Of a DNA stretch of 51,443 nt, positions 35,930 to 45,926 are shown piece after piece (positions within the stretch are counted from its first letter, which is position 1; every line of letters begins with the position of its first letter). The DNA comes from Bacteroidota bacterium. GTDB taxonomy: Bacteria; Bacteroidota; Rhodothermia; Rhodothermales; Rubricoccaceae. Both the position numbers and the translations under genes were made by a program. The stretch lies in the NCBI GenBank assembly GCA_038744895.1, contig JBCDLV010000001.1, forward strand, positions 1 to 51,443. The letters are read 5' to 3'. The notes below the pieces were generated by a model that saw nothing but the letters and a program-made list of their open reading frames with translations, ran no database searches and was not told where the DNA came from.

Positions 35930-36280
35930 CCGAATGCGCTCGCCCATGGGCATGATCGAGCAGTGCCCTGTCCGCCTCAGGCCGTCAGCCCGGTAGCTCG
36001 TGACCCAGCACTCCTCCAGGATCGAGCAGGAGCACACGTCGAGCTCGATGCGGTCGAGTGCCCCCGGGACCGCATTGGCCGTCGCTCCGAGCGGCATGAC
36101 ACGAGGGTCTCCTCAGCGAGGATCGCCCGGTCCACGACCGTAGTCAGGAGGGGGGCGTCCCTGGCACACGGACGAGGAAGAGGGGGACCCGCCCCAGACG
36201 TGTCTAGGGCGTCCACGGAGGAAAAGCTAGCGGGCCGCGTCGGGATCGTCTTCGGCGATCAGGAGGCGGAGCGTGGACAT
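35930..36280 (-). pseudogene. Degenerate receiver-domain-like gene remnant
   Basis: MSTLRLLIAEDDPDAAR then an in-frame TAG; protein-like pieces continue in other frames. Left boundary approximate. Confidence 0.35.
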
Positions 36281-36486
36281 AGCGCGTCCTGGAAGGACGA
36301 GCCGTCCGCTCTCCCGATGCTTCCCAGACCCTTCGGATTCGGGTTCGGATTCCGCCCTCCCGCCCTCACGGAACCCTAAGCTCCCTCGCCCCCCTCGTGC
36401 CGACGGTGCGCCGAGGCGGTCGGTGCGAGCCCCCATCCGTCCTCAAGGGGTTACACTCCTCATCGGACGCTGATGGCACCTACATC

Positions 36487-37623
36487 GTGCTCTTCCTCCC
36501 AGACGCATCGACACACGACTCGACGACTCCGTTTCGGACCTGGATCGGTCTCGTCCTCGCTGTCTTGCTCGGGGCTGGGCCTCCAGTGACAATGACGGGT
36601 TGTGCGCCGTCCGCACGTATGTCGGAATACCGCGATTACCTCGTGCCCCGCGATCTCCGGGCAGAAGCCGTGTCGCGCCCGGACAGCGGGGCCGTGCGGG
36701 TCACGTACCTCGGAACGAGCACCCTGCTGTTCGACGACGGCGCGAGCCGCCTGATGATCGACGGGTTCATCACCCGGCCCGGCTGGTGGACCGTCTTGGG
36801 CCGAGAGCTCCGCACGGACGAGTCCCTCGTCGATCGGACGCTCGCCCAGGTCGGAGCGGAGCGCCTGGACGCCGTCTTCGTCGTCCACTCGCACTACGAC
36901 CACGCTCTCGACGCCGCGTACGTAGCGCGCAGCACGGGGGCCACCCTCTACGGATCGCACTCCACGCTGAACGTGGGGCGGGGCGGGGGGCTCGCCGAAA
37001 GCGAACTGCGAGCGGTCATCCCGGGCAGTGAGTACACCGTCGGCCGGTTCCATGTGACCGCCATCGGATCCCGTCACCTCCAAAACCGCAACCCAGTGAT
37101 TCGGCCCGTGCTGGAATGGGCGCTCGGGGGCGAGATCGAGGACCCGCTCGTCCAGCCCGCACACAGCACGGCTTACAACGAGGGCGGAGTCCTCGATCTC
37201 ATGATCCGCCACGGCGACCTCCGCGTCTTGGTCAAGGCGACCGCCGACTTCGTGCCCGGGGCGCTCCGCGGCCGGTCCGCCGACATCGTCTTTCTCGGGA
37301 TCGGGGGGCTTGGAAAGGCGAGCCCGGAGCACCGAGACGCCCTCTACGACGAGGTCGTTTGCACGCTCGCCCCACGGTGGATCATCCCCATCCACTGGGA
37401 CGACTTCGCGCGCCCGCTTTTCGAGCCGCTCCGGGCGATGCCAAGGCTGATGGACGACACGGCGGCGAGTCTCGACTATCTGATCGGGCAGGCGGACGCC
37501 GATCGCTCCCTGACGCTCCACCTGCTCGACACCTTCCAGAGTGCGACGCTCCCGGAGGCCCGTGCCGAAGAGTCGCCGGCGTCCGCGTGGTGCGCAGGGC
37601 GAGAGGCGCTGCGCGATCCATAA
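36487..37623 (+). CDS. MBL-fold metallo-hydrolase, probably an exported lipoprotein
   Basis: VTYLGTSTLLFDDG, IDGFITRP, HSHYDHALD (HxHxDH), IPIHWDDF; hydrophobic N-terminus then TGC. Start uncertain. Confidence 0.85.
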   Translation: MLFLPDASTHDSTTPFRTWIGLVLAVLLGAGPPVTMTGCAPSARMSEYRDYLVPRDLRAEAVSRPDSGAVRVTYLGTSTLLFDDGASRLMIDGFITRPGWWTVLGRELRTDESLVDRTLAQVGAERLDAVFVVHSHYDHALDAAYVARSTGATLYGSHSTLNVGRGGGLAESELRAVIPGSEYTVGRFHVTAIGSRHLQNRNPVIRPVLEWALGGEIEDPLVQPAHSTAYNEGGVLDLMIRHGDLRVLVKATADFVPGALRGRSADIVFLGIGGLGKASPEHRDALYDEVVCTLAPRWIIPIHWDDFARPLFEPLRAMPRLMDDTAASLDYLIGQADADRSLTLHLLDTFQSATLPEARAEESPASAWCAGREALRDP

Positions 37624-37638
37624 TGACGGTCCGCTCGC

Positions 37639-40600
37639 TCACCACACGAGACCGAAGCCCAGCGTCACGCCATGTGTCCGTGAGTACCGGGTTGGGAACG
37701 CGGGGTCACCACCCGTTCGGGGTCCGTCGAAGGAGGTGTAGCCCAGTCTCACGCGGTTGACGACCCCGTACCACTGGTTGTCGAGGGAGGGGAACGACAG
37801 GGTGAGACTCGGTTCGTAGGCGACGGTGCCGATCCTCGACCCGGTCCGAATCGGGGTCGCGTAGTAGACGTCCATGCCGGGACGGACCTCGACGTGGTCG
37901 CCGAACGGGACGGCCAAGCCCGCGGAGGGGCCGATGTGGTAGCCGGGTGCCCACGTCCCGGCTTCGAGGCGGTCCAACCGGAACGGGGCTGCCGTCACAC
38001 CGAGCCGTACGGGGCCGAGCTTGACGAGAACCTTGATGTCGGTAGCGTAACTGGACGCGCCCGGTCCGACCGACGCCCCGAGGTCGAACTCCACCCGCGA
38101 ATCGATGTCCCCTAGTCGAGAGCCGCCCTCGCTTCGCCAGAGTCGGTGGACGTAGTACATGAGGCCACCCAGGTCATGGATGCCGATTGTGGGATAGGCG
38201 CGCGTCCGGTACTCGACGCCACGGTCGCCCTCGGTCCAGGTTCCGGTCCCGTACACCCATTCGGCCCCCACGCTCACGACGTGCGCGATGTCGAGGGAAA
38301 GGGCGACGCCGGTCCCGTACCCTTCTTCAAAGGCAGCGTAGGGCCGCTGATACGTGCTGATCATCGAGAATCCGACGTACGGGGTGGCGAACTCCAGCCC
38401 GGCCCCGAGCCCCAGGCCCGCGATCCTGTTCTGCGTCCGACCGCCCTCGAACAGGTCTTCCGTGACGTCCGAGCGGTAGGGCGCGATGAGAGTGCGGAGC
38501 CGGAAACAACCGGGTTTCACACACCCAAGGTTGATGGACGGCGTCCAGCCCACGTACTGCGGCCCCGACGAGACGACCGCACGCGATGGCACCACGTTCC
38601 GGAGCAAGGCCCGAGCCCGCCGATGCTGGAGCATGTACGACCCCTCTTCGTAGATCCCATCCCGGTAGTATGGGATCATGCTCCGACTCCATCGGAGACC
38701 CGGGCGCTTGCGCACGCTCTCCGCGTTGAGGACCGCCATCGATAGGCCAGCGAGGGTGCGCCACCGGGCACGGGGCTCGTAGACCGTCCGGTAGTTCAGC
38801 ACCTCGGACAGGGCGCCGGTGGTCCAGGAGTCCGGATCTCGCAGGTAACTCGGCACATGGGGGGCCGTGGGGCACTTCAAGCCGGGATGCTCCTCGTCCT
38901 TTTCCTCGCAGGTCCTTGACCATCCGGCAATCGTATCCCGGGTCTCGCGATTGGATTGGAGCGATTCGACGACTGTGTCCAGGAACCCCGGTCGGTCGAG
39001 TTCGCCCGCCTCGTTACGAAGCTGGCGCTGCTCGTACTGGGCCTCAGAATTCTCCGTGGGGCACAGGCCATCTCCATCACCACGCAAGCACGCAGCGAGC
39101 TTAGCATATCTGGCACGCAGCGGAGCGAGTTCACTCTCGAAGACCCGCTCGCTGTCTCGGTGCGTCTTGGCGGCGTTGAGCATCTCGGTGAGGACCGCTT
39201 CCCACCCCGCTGATCCAGGGGGCACGGTGGGGGTGCCAATGCCCCCAGCATGCCTCGGGAACTCCAAGTCGTACAGCCCCGAGAACACGAGCCCGGCGAG
39301 AGGGTCCCTCGTCTCGAGGCCACGTGAGTGGTACAGATCCGCGATGACGGATGGGAGGTAGTCCTCGTCGGGAGGCTCGCGCGTGAGCCTTCTGGCCGCG
39401 TACACGTACCCGTCGTAGATCCCAGCGTAGAAGTCGTAGACGCGGAAAGGGCGCGCGAGAAACGCCGCGAACGCTCCCAGGTCCGCCCCGACGATCTCGG
39501 GCGCGCGGTCGGTCGGTCGGATCCAGTCCCGGGCTTCGATGGCGTGTCGCGTCGTCGTCTCCAGCTCGTACTGCCGACCGGACTCGACGAACGTAGACGC
39601 CAGATTGAGCACGCCATCGATGCCGTAGAGGGTTTCCACGTCACCGGGATCTACGAGGTCGTCCTCGGTCTCCGCGCCCCGCCGGACGTCCGGGTCCGTA
39701 AAGAACATGACGGGGGCGCCCCAGTTCAGACGTGACGCCCCTCCGACCTCTTCCTCCTCGGTTCGGCGGACGTGCTCGTAGATCTCGAGGGCCAGTCCGA
39801 GTGGGTTGTTGTCGAACACCCCACCGTCGATGAACGCGAGCGACTCCGTCAGGTCGGTTCGGGGGAAGAGAGTCCCGTGGTCCAGACTATCCGTGAACGT
39901 CACACGGACGGGCGCCCAAGCGTACGGAAACGCGGCCGACGCCAGCGCCACTGTACGGATCGTGTTCTCATTGCCGACCACGGTGCTCCCGGCAGCGACG
40001 GACTCGTACCGGTCAGGGTCTGCCGAAACGTCACCGAGAAACGCGTGGTCTCCTGTGTGAAGGTCCCTCGCGAGAGGCTTGAGCAGCGGAAAGATCATCT
40101 CTCCAAAGGCGCGGAGCGAGTCTGTACGCACCGTCCCGCTGTTGTCGGAGAGCAGGTCCCGGTTGAATCGGAACGGCTCGAATGCCAACCCGTCGCTTCG
40201 CACGCCCCCTGCTCCTGAAGCGCCGGCCACGCGGAGTGAAGCCGTCTGAAACACGGTCGCCATTCTCTGCCGCTCCAATCCGAGCGAGCCGTCGGCGGGG
40301 CGTGGGGTCTGGCTCGTCATCGTAATGCCCGTTGGGATCGGGCGGGACAGGCGGAGGGACGCGCGACCCAGAGATTTCTGGACGAGGCCATCGAAGACGA
40401 GCGTTTCGAGGGGCTTGCGGCTGAGCACCGCGTCCACATCGCGCCGCGCTCGGTCTTCCGAAGCGTCCCTGTATTCGGGGAGCAACTCGTTGATGCCGAT
40501 GCCCGTCCACACCTGCCAGAAGAGGCTGCTGCTCGGCCCCATCCGGGAGTGGGCTTCGTCCTCCGCCCACTCGATCGTCGCGAGGATCGAGTTGACGTTC

Positions 40601-40923
40601 CCGGCCGACGCGCCCGTCGTGGCCACCAACTCGTACTCGTGAAGAAGATCGTTGAGCTCCGACGAGTCGCTCTCGCGAGTCCCGCGGAGGAGGTCCAGCA
40701 CGGCCCAGTTAACGCCCGCCTGGTAAGCACCCTTGCTGATCCCCCCGCTCGACACCATGACGAAGGGGCGCGGTCGGTCGTCGACCGGCACCTCCACGTC
40801 CAGGCTCGCTTGGCGGCCCACCTCGGGAGCAGGGCGTTCTTCCTCAGGGTCCGCGGTCTGCCCCAGAACGGGGCCGACACTCAGCAGCAGTGCCAGGATG
40901 AGACCAGGGGAGCGTGCCGGCAT
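37639..40923 (-). CDS. Exported patatin-like phospholipase with a C-terminal outer-membrane beta-barrel-like region (1094 aa)
   Basis: Signal peptide; SSGGISKGAYQAG, TGASAG, ASAAFP, DGGVFDNNP; amphipathic strands ending VTLGFGLVW. Confidence 0.85.
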   Translation of the reverse strand: MPARSPGLILALLLSVGPVLGQTADPEEERPAPEVGRQASLDVEVPVDDRPRPFVMVSSGGISKGAYQAGVNWAVLDLLRGTRESDSSELNDLLHEYELVATTGASAGNVNSILATIEWAEDEAHSRMGPSSSLFWQVWTGIGINELLPEYRDASEDRARRDVDAVLSRKPLETLVFDGLVQKSLGRASLRLSRPIPTGITMTSQTPRPADGSLGLERQRMATVFQTASLRVAGASGAGGVRSDGLAFEPFRFNRDLLSDNSGTVRTDSLRAFGEMIFPLLKPLARDLHTGDHAFLGDVSADPDRYESVAAGSTVVGNENTIRTVALASAAFPYAWAPVRVTFTDSLDHGTLFPRTDLTESLAFIDGGVFDNNPLGLALEIYEHVRRTEEEEVGGASRLNWGAPVMFFTDPDVRRGAETEDDLVDPGDVETLYGIDGVLNLASTFVESGRQYELETTTRHAIEARDWIRPTDRAPEIVGADLGAFAAFLARPFRVYDFYAGIYDGYVYAARRLTREPPDEDYLPSVIADLYHSRGLETRDPLAGLVFSGLYDLEFPRHAGGIGTPTVPPGSAGWEAVLTEMLNAAKTHRDSERVFESELAPLRARYAKLAACLRGDGDGLCPTENSEAQYEQRQLRNEAGELDRPGFLDTVVESLQSNRETRDTIAGWSRTCEEKDEEHPGLKCPTAPHVPSYLRDPDSWTTGALSEVLNYRTVYEPRARWRTLAGLSMAVLNAESVRKRPGLRWSRSMIPYYRDGIYEEGSYMLQHRRARALLRNVVPSRAVVSSGPQYVGWTPSINLGCVKPGCFRLRTLIAPYRSDVTEDLFEGGRTQNRIAGLGLGAGLEFATPYVGFSMISTYQRPYAAFEEGYGTGVALSLDIAHVVSVGAEWVYGTGTWTEGDRGVEYRTRAYPTIGIHDLGGLMYYVHRLWRSEGGSRLGDIDSRVEFDLGASVGPGASSYATDIKVLVKLGPVRLGVTAAPFRLDRLEAGTWAPGYHIGPSAGLAVPFGDHVEVRPGMDVYYATPIRTGSRIGTVAYEPSLTLSFPSLDNQWYGVVNRVRLGYTSFDGPRTGGDPAFPTRYSRTHGVTLGFGLVW

Positions 40924-41110
40924 AGCTGGAGAGGGGGATCCTGTCTGAACCTACCTCTCTGGTATCATACATGCCCGCATTGGTGGTAGGAATAGTGTCC
41001 CGGCGCAGAGTTGGTGCACACGAGACGCTCACAGCTCGTCACTTGCCGTCGCTAGGGTCCGTCGGTACTCGCCAGGCCACGCGGGACTGGGCGAGTTCGT
41101 GAGAGGGCGT

Positions 41111-42193
41111 CTAGAGCCCGATTCCCTCGCTGGCGTTCTCGTCGAAGAGCCGGCCCTCGCGGACGTACTCGGCGAGCATGGCCGCCGACTTGTGCCGGGT
41201 CTGTTTCTGGATGGCCCGGTCGGGCTTGCCCGCGCGCGCGGCCGTCGTCGCGAACCCCGCCCGCAGGCTGTGCCCGGCGTACAGCGAGGGGTCGAGCCCG
41301 GCCGCCTCGGCGTACTGCTTGACTACGTTGGCGACCGTCCGCCCGGTGATGGCCCTCCGCCCGAGCCGGCCCCAGCGGTCCACCGAACGGAACACCGGTC
41401 CCGAGAGGGGGGAGGGGCGGCCTTGGTCCGCCAGCTCGCGGCTGGCGGCGGCGAGGTACGACCGCACGGCCCGCACCGGGCACGTCCCGGCGCGCTCGCC
41501 GTAGGCCACGCCGACCACCTGCCCGGCGCCCTCCTGGTCCGACTTCGACCTCGGAATCAGCAGCCGGAGCCCGTCGGGCGAGAACGAGAGGTTGCCCGTC
41601 TCGACTGCCGCCAACTCGCTCCTCCGCAGCGCCGCCGCGAACCCCAGGAGCAGCATCGCCTTGTCGCGCCTCGCCCGAAGCGCTGTCCCGGGAGGGGCCT
41701 CCTCCGCTCCCTCCCCGAGGCGGGCCGCCGCGTCGCACGCCGCCGCCATCGCCACCACGTCGGACGCGAGCGCGGGCGCCACCTTCTCCCGCGCCGCCCC
41801 CAGCGTCCGCACCACGCCCGCCCAGACGGAGTGGAGCGGCTCCCGGCTCCGCAGCGCCGGGCTCTCGACGCCCGCCAGCTTGTGCGCCTGGCTGATCGCG
41901 GCCAGCCGACGCTCCAGGGTTGCCACTTTCAGCGGCGCCGTCGGCCGCCCGCGCTCATCGTCCGGCCCGGCCTCCGCGCGGCTCGCTATATATAAGGCGA
42001 CTGTCTCGGGCGTCGCGGGCATGGCCGCCAGCCCTCGGTCGTCGCACCACGCCGTGAAGTCGGCCCAGTCGCTCCGGTACGCCCGCAGCGTCGCGTCGCT
42101 TCTCGCCGCCTCAGCGAAGCGCCGGGCGGACTCGGCGTCCGCCTCGACGGGCGCGAGGGGCGCGGACGAACGGGCGGGGAGGTGATCGGTCAT
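41111..42193 (-). CDS. Cre-like tyrosine recombinase / site-specific integrase
   Basis: TLRAYRSDW, RDKAMLLLGFAAALRRSEL (R), RSKSDQ (K), GHSLRAG (HxxR), QTRH, AEYVR (Y). Confidence 0.92.
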   Translation of the reverse strand: MTDHLPARSSAPLAPVEADAESARRFAEAARSDATLRAYRSDWADFTAWCDDRGLAAMPATPETVALYIASRAEAGPDDERGRPTAPLKVATLERRLAAISQAHKLAGVESPALRSREPLHSVWAGVVRTLGAAREKVAPALASDVVAMAAACDAAARLGEGAEEAPPGTALRARRDKAMLLLGFAAALRRSELAAVETGNLSFSPDGLRLLIPRSKSDQEGAGQVVGVAYGERAGTCPVRAVRSYLAAASRELADQGRPSPLSGPVFRSVDRWGRLGRRAITGRTVANVVKQYAEAAGLDPSLYAGHSLRAGFATTAARAGKPDRAIQKQTRHKSAAMLAEYVREGRLFDENASEGIGL

Positions 42194-44565
42194 GGAGCGA
42201 GGGGGAGGGGAGGGTAAAACGAATCGTGGCCGCTGACGAGCTGGGCGCGAATTGCCGCGATGCGCGCTCTCGAATCGGCCGGGATGAGTCCGTCCCACCC
42301 GTCCCACAGCCCGTCCGGGGACTTCGCTCGCTGATGAACGTGTAACGGAAGGTCAACCGGCCCGCCGCCTGTTACGACCGCCACCAGCTCGTCGGTGTCC
42401 CGGAGCTTGCCCCACTCCCAACGGTCGGGGTCTACGGTCCCCGCGTACAGCGACGCGAGCACCAGCCCGTCCGGCAGGTCTGGATTCATCCTCACGTCAT
42501 CGACCTTCCCCAGCGCTCGCTGCAGCGCATACCCGAGGGGGTCTCCTTCCACGAAGGCCATCGCGAGCGTGCCGTACCCCCTCACGAGCCCGGTCATGCC
42601 TCCCGCCAGCCCGATGGCAACCGCGACGCCGTCGCGAAGCGCGTCGGGGTCAGTCGGTCCGAGCAGTCCCCGCCCGTCAGCCTTCCGACGGGGCGACGAT
42701 CGGAGCGCGCTCGCCGCCATCGTCAGCACACCCATCGCGATCGCCCGACGGGCGCGTTCGCAAGCATCCACCACCAGGATCTGCTCGCGTGACAGCGCCT
42801 GCGCGGTGGCCGACTCGCCGCCTTCGGCGGTGGCCGCGTGGCGCAGCGCTTCCGCCTTGGTGAACCCTGGGTTCCTGGAGAACTCGGAGAGGGCACCGAC
42901 GAGGTCCCGGTACCGCCCCCAGTCCAGCCGGGCATACGCGGCGTTCAGAAGACGGAGCCATCCCCCCGCCACCGGCGCGATCAACTCCGCTCGCCGAGCG
43001 AGGTCGTCGGCCGTCTTCGCCCGTTGGAGCTCGGACTCGAGGCCCTGAACGCACTGAAGAAACGCGGCCACGTACACGTCGCCGACGTCGGGTTTCGAGC
43101 CGAACCGTTGCCAGGCCGTCCGTACGAGCGCGTCGAGCAGCCGCCCCGCGACCACTGCGTCCCCGCACGCCAGCGCCTCCCGCACCGTGTCGCGCCAAAC
43201 TCGGGTCGTACTCCCCACAAACCCTCTCTCCACAGATTCCCGGTCGAGCATGGACCACAGGTGCTCCAACTCGCCCGCGAGCTGCTCCACCACCGTCCCA
43301 TCGGCGTCGAGGGCGCCCAGCTCCTCCCGCGTCTGATCGTACGCCTGGCGAGATTGGAGGAGGGACGTGAACGCTGTGCCCAGGTGGTCCACCGCCTCCT
43401 GGAGCGCGTCGGCGTCGCGCTCACGGACGGCGGCGGTCGCAGCCCGGCGCACGCTCCGCAGTGCGTCCAAGTGCCGGCGCTCGGGGTGCGGGCCGAGCGC
43501 GACCCACCGCCGTCGCCGGTCGCGCCAGCTCAGGGTGCGCCCGAGTCCAGCCACCCACCCGTCGCCTGCAGGCACGACCGCCCCCGGCCACAACACCTCG
43601 ACAGCCACTCCGCCCTGTGTCCCCTCGCCGCGCAGCGCCCGGAGCTGCACGTCCACGACCGATCGGTCGGCCGTCCTCGGGCGCACCCACACGCCCCCCG
43701 TCCCGGGGTCCTCCGGCGCCTCGTGGCGGGAGCGAAGGCCGCCTCCCTCTCGCCCGAGCGCGAGGCGCATGTCGAAGAGGAGACGCTCGGCCTCGACCGC
43801 CCGGTCGACGAACCGGGCCACCTCGTCGTCCAGGATCCGTTCCATGGAGCCGGGAGAGAGGGCCTCCAGGGTCCGTTTCACGCTGCGCCCGACCGCTCCC
43901 AATGCCACCACCGCCGTCAGCGCTCCTGCGGACCCGAGCACGACCAGCACGAAGGACGCGGGCGCCGTACTGATCCCGGCCTCCGCCAGCGTGAACGCGC
44001 CCCCGTTGACCAGGAGGGTGGCCAGCCCCCAGAACAGCGCCGTCGGGCTCCGGGTCTCGCGGAGCACCGCGGCGTACGAGGCGGCCCCCGAGGCGGCCCC
44101 CCGCTCGGCCCGTGCTGCCTCTACAACGACGAACACGAACACGAACACCACGCCGAGCGCGCTCGCGCACGCCCCGAGCAGCGTGCCCGCGTATGACGCG
44201 ACGGTCCCCGTCAGAGGCGGCGCCTCCGCGCGACCGAGGAGCAAGGCGACACCCGTCGATACGAGGGCTACGCCCAGAACGAACCCCGCGAGCCCGCCCC
44301 AGTCGCGCCACGCCCTCACCGTCCAGGCGGCCCACGCGTGCCGACGCACGAACGGGACCCACCACGCGCCCGTCGCCTCCTCGCTCAGCCACTTCGCGCT
44401 TGTATCTCCAGAGCGACGTGATGGCGCGCTCGCGGCTGAGGCGGTCTCCCTAGACGGGGTTGTTGCCACGATCACGCCCAGCCAGAACACCGCGCTCCCC
44501 GCGAGGAGGACCCCGACGACGAGAAGGTAGACAAGGGCGAGGAGAGCGAAGGGGGCAAGTGACAC
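42190..44565 (-). CDS. Hypothetical membrane protein (791 aa): about five N-terminal TM helices and a large helical soluble domain
   Basis: GTG 44565; several hydrophobic segments in the first ~230 aa; stop overlaps the recombinase ATG (ATGA). Confidence 0.7.
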   Translation of the reverse strand: MSLAPFALLALVYLLVVGVLLAGSAVFWLGVIVATTPSRETASAASAPSRRSGDTSAKWLSEEATGAWWVPFVRRHAWAAWTVRAWRDWGGLAGFVLGVALVSTGVALLLGRAEAPPLTGTVASYAGTLLGACASALGVVFVFVFVVVEAARAERGAASGAASYAAVLRETRSPTALFWGLATLLVNGGAFTLAEAGISTAPASFVLVVLGSAGALTAVVALGAVGRSVKRTLEALSPGSMERILDDEVARFVDRAVEAERLLFDMRLALGREGGGLRSRHEAPEDPGTGGVWVRPRTADRSVVDVQLRALRGEGTQGGVAVEVLWPGAVVPAGDGWVAGLGRTLSWRDRRRRWVALGPHPERRHLDALRSVRRAATAAVRERDADALQEAVDHLGTAFTSLLQSRQAYDQTREELGALDADGTVVEQLAGELEHLWSMLDRESVERGFVGSTTRVWRDTVREALACGDAVVAGRLLDALVRTAWQRFGSKPDVGDVYVAAFLQCVQGLESELQRAKTADDLARRAELIAPVAGGWLRLLNAAYARLDWGRYRDLVGALSEFSRNPGFTKAEALRHAATAEGGESATAQALSREQILVVDACERARRAIAMGVLTMAASALRSSPRRKADGRGLLGPTDPDALRDGVAVAIGLAGGMTGLVRGYGTLAMAFVEGDPLGYALQRALGKVDDVRMNPDLPDGLVLASLYAGTVDPDRWEWGKLRDTDELVAVVTGGGPVDLPLHVHQRAKSPDGLWDGWDGLIPADSRARIAAIRAQLVSGHDSFYPPLPLAP

Positions 44566-44646
44566 CCGTTATTGCAAAAATAAACCTTCTGAATGGATAC
44601 AGGTCTCCCTGACGGTGACCGGAGTATAGCTCGTACAAGCTCATCC

Positions 44647-44675
44647 ATTTCCGATAATGTCCCTTTATCGGAAGT
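44647..44675. other. loxP/dif-like tyrosine recombinase core site (putative)
   Basis: ATTTCCGATAA-TGTCCCT-TTATCGGAAGT: 11-bp arms (10/11 complementary) around an asymmetric 7-bp spacer, upstream of the recombinase operon. Confidence 0.7.
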
Positions 44676-44771
44676 CATGCTGTCAAGCCCTTGGCGGCTC
44701 TCTCGTCGCAACTCTACGCCTCGCTGCTGTGACCCATGTTAAGGTACCTGAAATTGCAATAATGGCTATTA

Positions 44772-45780
44772 CAGCACTACTCGGTAGGAATGGGTACGTA
44801 GCCCGCGTGGCGTAGCCATCCCGCTGCGTCCTCCCACGTCAGCGCTCGCACTGCTACGCGGAGAGCCTCACTCAGCGCCGTCTCGGTATCGGCCCGAGCC
44901 CGCCGGACGAGGCGCTTCACCTTCGACCACATTTCCTCGCAGGCATTGAACTCTGGCGAGTAGCGTGGCTGCCATACGAGGTCGGCTCCCCGCGCCCGGA
45001 TCAGCTCGCGCAGGTTCGGTCGCTTGTGGATGGAGTGGTTGTCCCAGACCACGAGGTCGCTCTCACGGAGCCTCGGGCTCAGGTGCTCGCGGACGAACCG
45101 CTCGAAGAGATCGCCGTCCACGCTTCCCTCGACAGCGACGACCCCGCCTCGGTCGAGGCCCACCCACCCGATCAGGCTCCGCCTCCGGCCCTTCCGGTAC
45201 GGCGCGTGCTCTTCGCATCGCTGGCCCCGAGGTGCATAGCCGTGGCGGACGCGGCCCCCGGCGACGATCCCGCTCTCATCCACGCAGATGATCCGCGCAC
45301 CGTCTACCGCCCCCTGCCACTTTGCGAACGCCTCGCGCTCGGCTACGATGTCGTCGCGGAGTCGCTGGACGGCTCGGAAGGACATTTTTTGAGCGTCAGC
45401 GCCATCCGAGCGAGCGTCCGCCCAACGGCCTGCTGGCTCACCGCGGGCTGCCCAGCGTCCGTCAGTCGTGCCGCCAACTCGCGCTGCGGTACGGACGGGT
45501 CCTCATCGAGCCACTCCCGCAGGAGCGCTTCGCCCTCGGCCGTGACCCGTCGCGGGTTGCCACCGGCACGGGGAGCGCGCTCGACGGAACCGGTGGTGCG
45601 CTTGAGCCGGAGCCAGCGGTCGAGCGACGAGGAGCCGACGGAGAAGCGGTCGGCCACGGCCTGGATGGAGCCCTCGCCGCGCTCGTATGCCTCAACGGCA
45701 CGGCGGCGGAGGTCGGAAGAGATCGCCATTGGTAGGGGGGAGCGGCGAAGCTACCGCCCCACTTATACCGAGTCACGCTG
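44772..45780 (-). mobile_element. IS630-family insertion sequence
   Basis: TA at both flanks (44770-71, 45781-82); imperfect terminal IRs CAGCACTACTCGGTA / CAGCGTGACTCGGTA; contains the transposase. Confidence 0.9.
44777..45729 (-). CDS. IS630 transposase in two ORFs joined by a -1 frameshift
   Basis: orfA (45343-45729) is an HTH, MAISSDLRRRAV; slippery CTC AAA AAA TG near 45385-45390; orfB is the DDE domain, CVDESG, VWDNHSIH, PRYSPEFNACEEMW. Confidence 0.9.
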
Positions 45781-45926
45781 TACGGCCCTACCTGAGACAA
45801 CACGGCTAGCAGCTCACTCGAGGCCTGAGGCAATCTCAGCCGCCTCGTTGTTTCGGATCTCACCCACGTTCACAACGGAAACCACGACTCCAGGATTCGT
45901 CGGCAGCTTCACGGCCATCGGCAGAG

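Noticed and set aside
45814-45918. 34-codon minus-strand ORF (MAVKLPTNPG...) after the PilC-like gene
   Set aside because: Too short and no motif; cannot be distinguished from noise.
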